A stretch of DNA of 64,000 bases, taken from Lingula anatina. Taxonomy: Eukaryota; Animalia; Brachiopoda. How positions within the stretch are numbered: the stretch's first letter is position 1; every line of letters begins with the position of its first letter. Where the stretch lies: assembly GCA_051362555.1 (NCBI GenBank), contig CM120640.1, forward strand, positions 14,632,001-14,696,000, in the 5' to 3' direction. Below are positions 63,609 through 64,000 of this stretch, in pieces. Below the pieces are notes generated by a model. That model made no database searches. It worked only from the letters and a program-made list of their open reading frames with translations, and had not been told where the DNA came from. Made by a program: the position numbers and the translations under genes.

Positions 63609-64000
63609 TAGTTGGAATTCGTTTTCCTGCAGTGTCACGAAATTAATATTTTCATAACCCAAGATTCAGGTGTTTCATGATAAAATCGTAATACTGTTTT
63701 TTTTACAGAAACTTTTAATATACAGTTTACTTGTAACATCCTTTAGTTATAAAACGTCATGGGAATAATGTTGAGCTACTTTATTACATGAGATGTAGTA
63801 ACTTAGACACCTTAGACAATGGTATTTATTGTTCGAAATAGCTCGGTTATGCCAGACATCAGTTTATGTTAGCTGCTACTGAATTGGAAGATAGGATAAT
63901 ACCAATTAAGTACTGATCTTTATAACATATTCTTAATTAAAGCATTGACATGTGAAACAGCTGGGAATCATATCACTGTTCATATCCCAAGTGAAAACAA

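Overview
AT-rich eukaryotic genomic DNA from an invertebrate animal, probably a lophotrochozoan or mollusc-like genome (inferred from gene and repeat content, not proven). Three protein-coding genes are supported: (1) an intronless class A GPCR of the sNPF/PrRP-receptor type on + (402-1625); (2) a three-exon, four-finger C2H2 huckebein (hkb) orthologue on - (33001-30875) with a TATA+Inr core promoter; (3) an intronless GPR83-like class A GPCR on - (37580-36144) whose conserved TM2 Asp (2.50) is replaced by Cys. The rest is non-coding and carries many DNA-transposon relics: a 5.7-kb non-autonomous element with ~1.15-kb inverted arms (Academ-like ends, YY1-like subrepeats), several Harbinger-type palindromic MITEs with TAA target duplications, a nested MITE pair, small Penelope, LINE and Helentron-like remnants, and microsatellites. 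The most unusual signals are candidate transposon excision scars: two 29-32-bp palindromes with 7-bp target duplications (P-element-type footprints) and a strong excess of TACATGTA (the Tc1-type footprint). All analysis was by eye; no database search was run.
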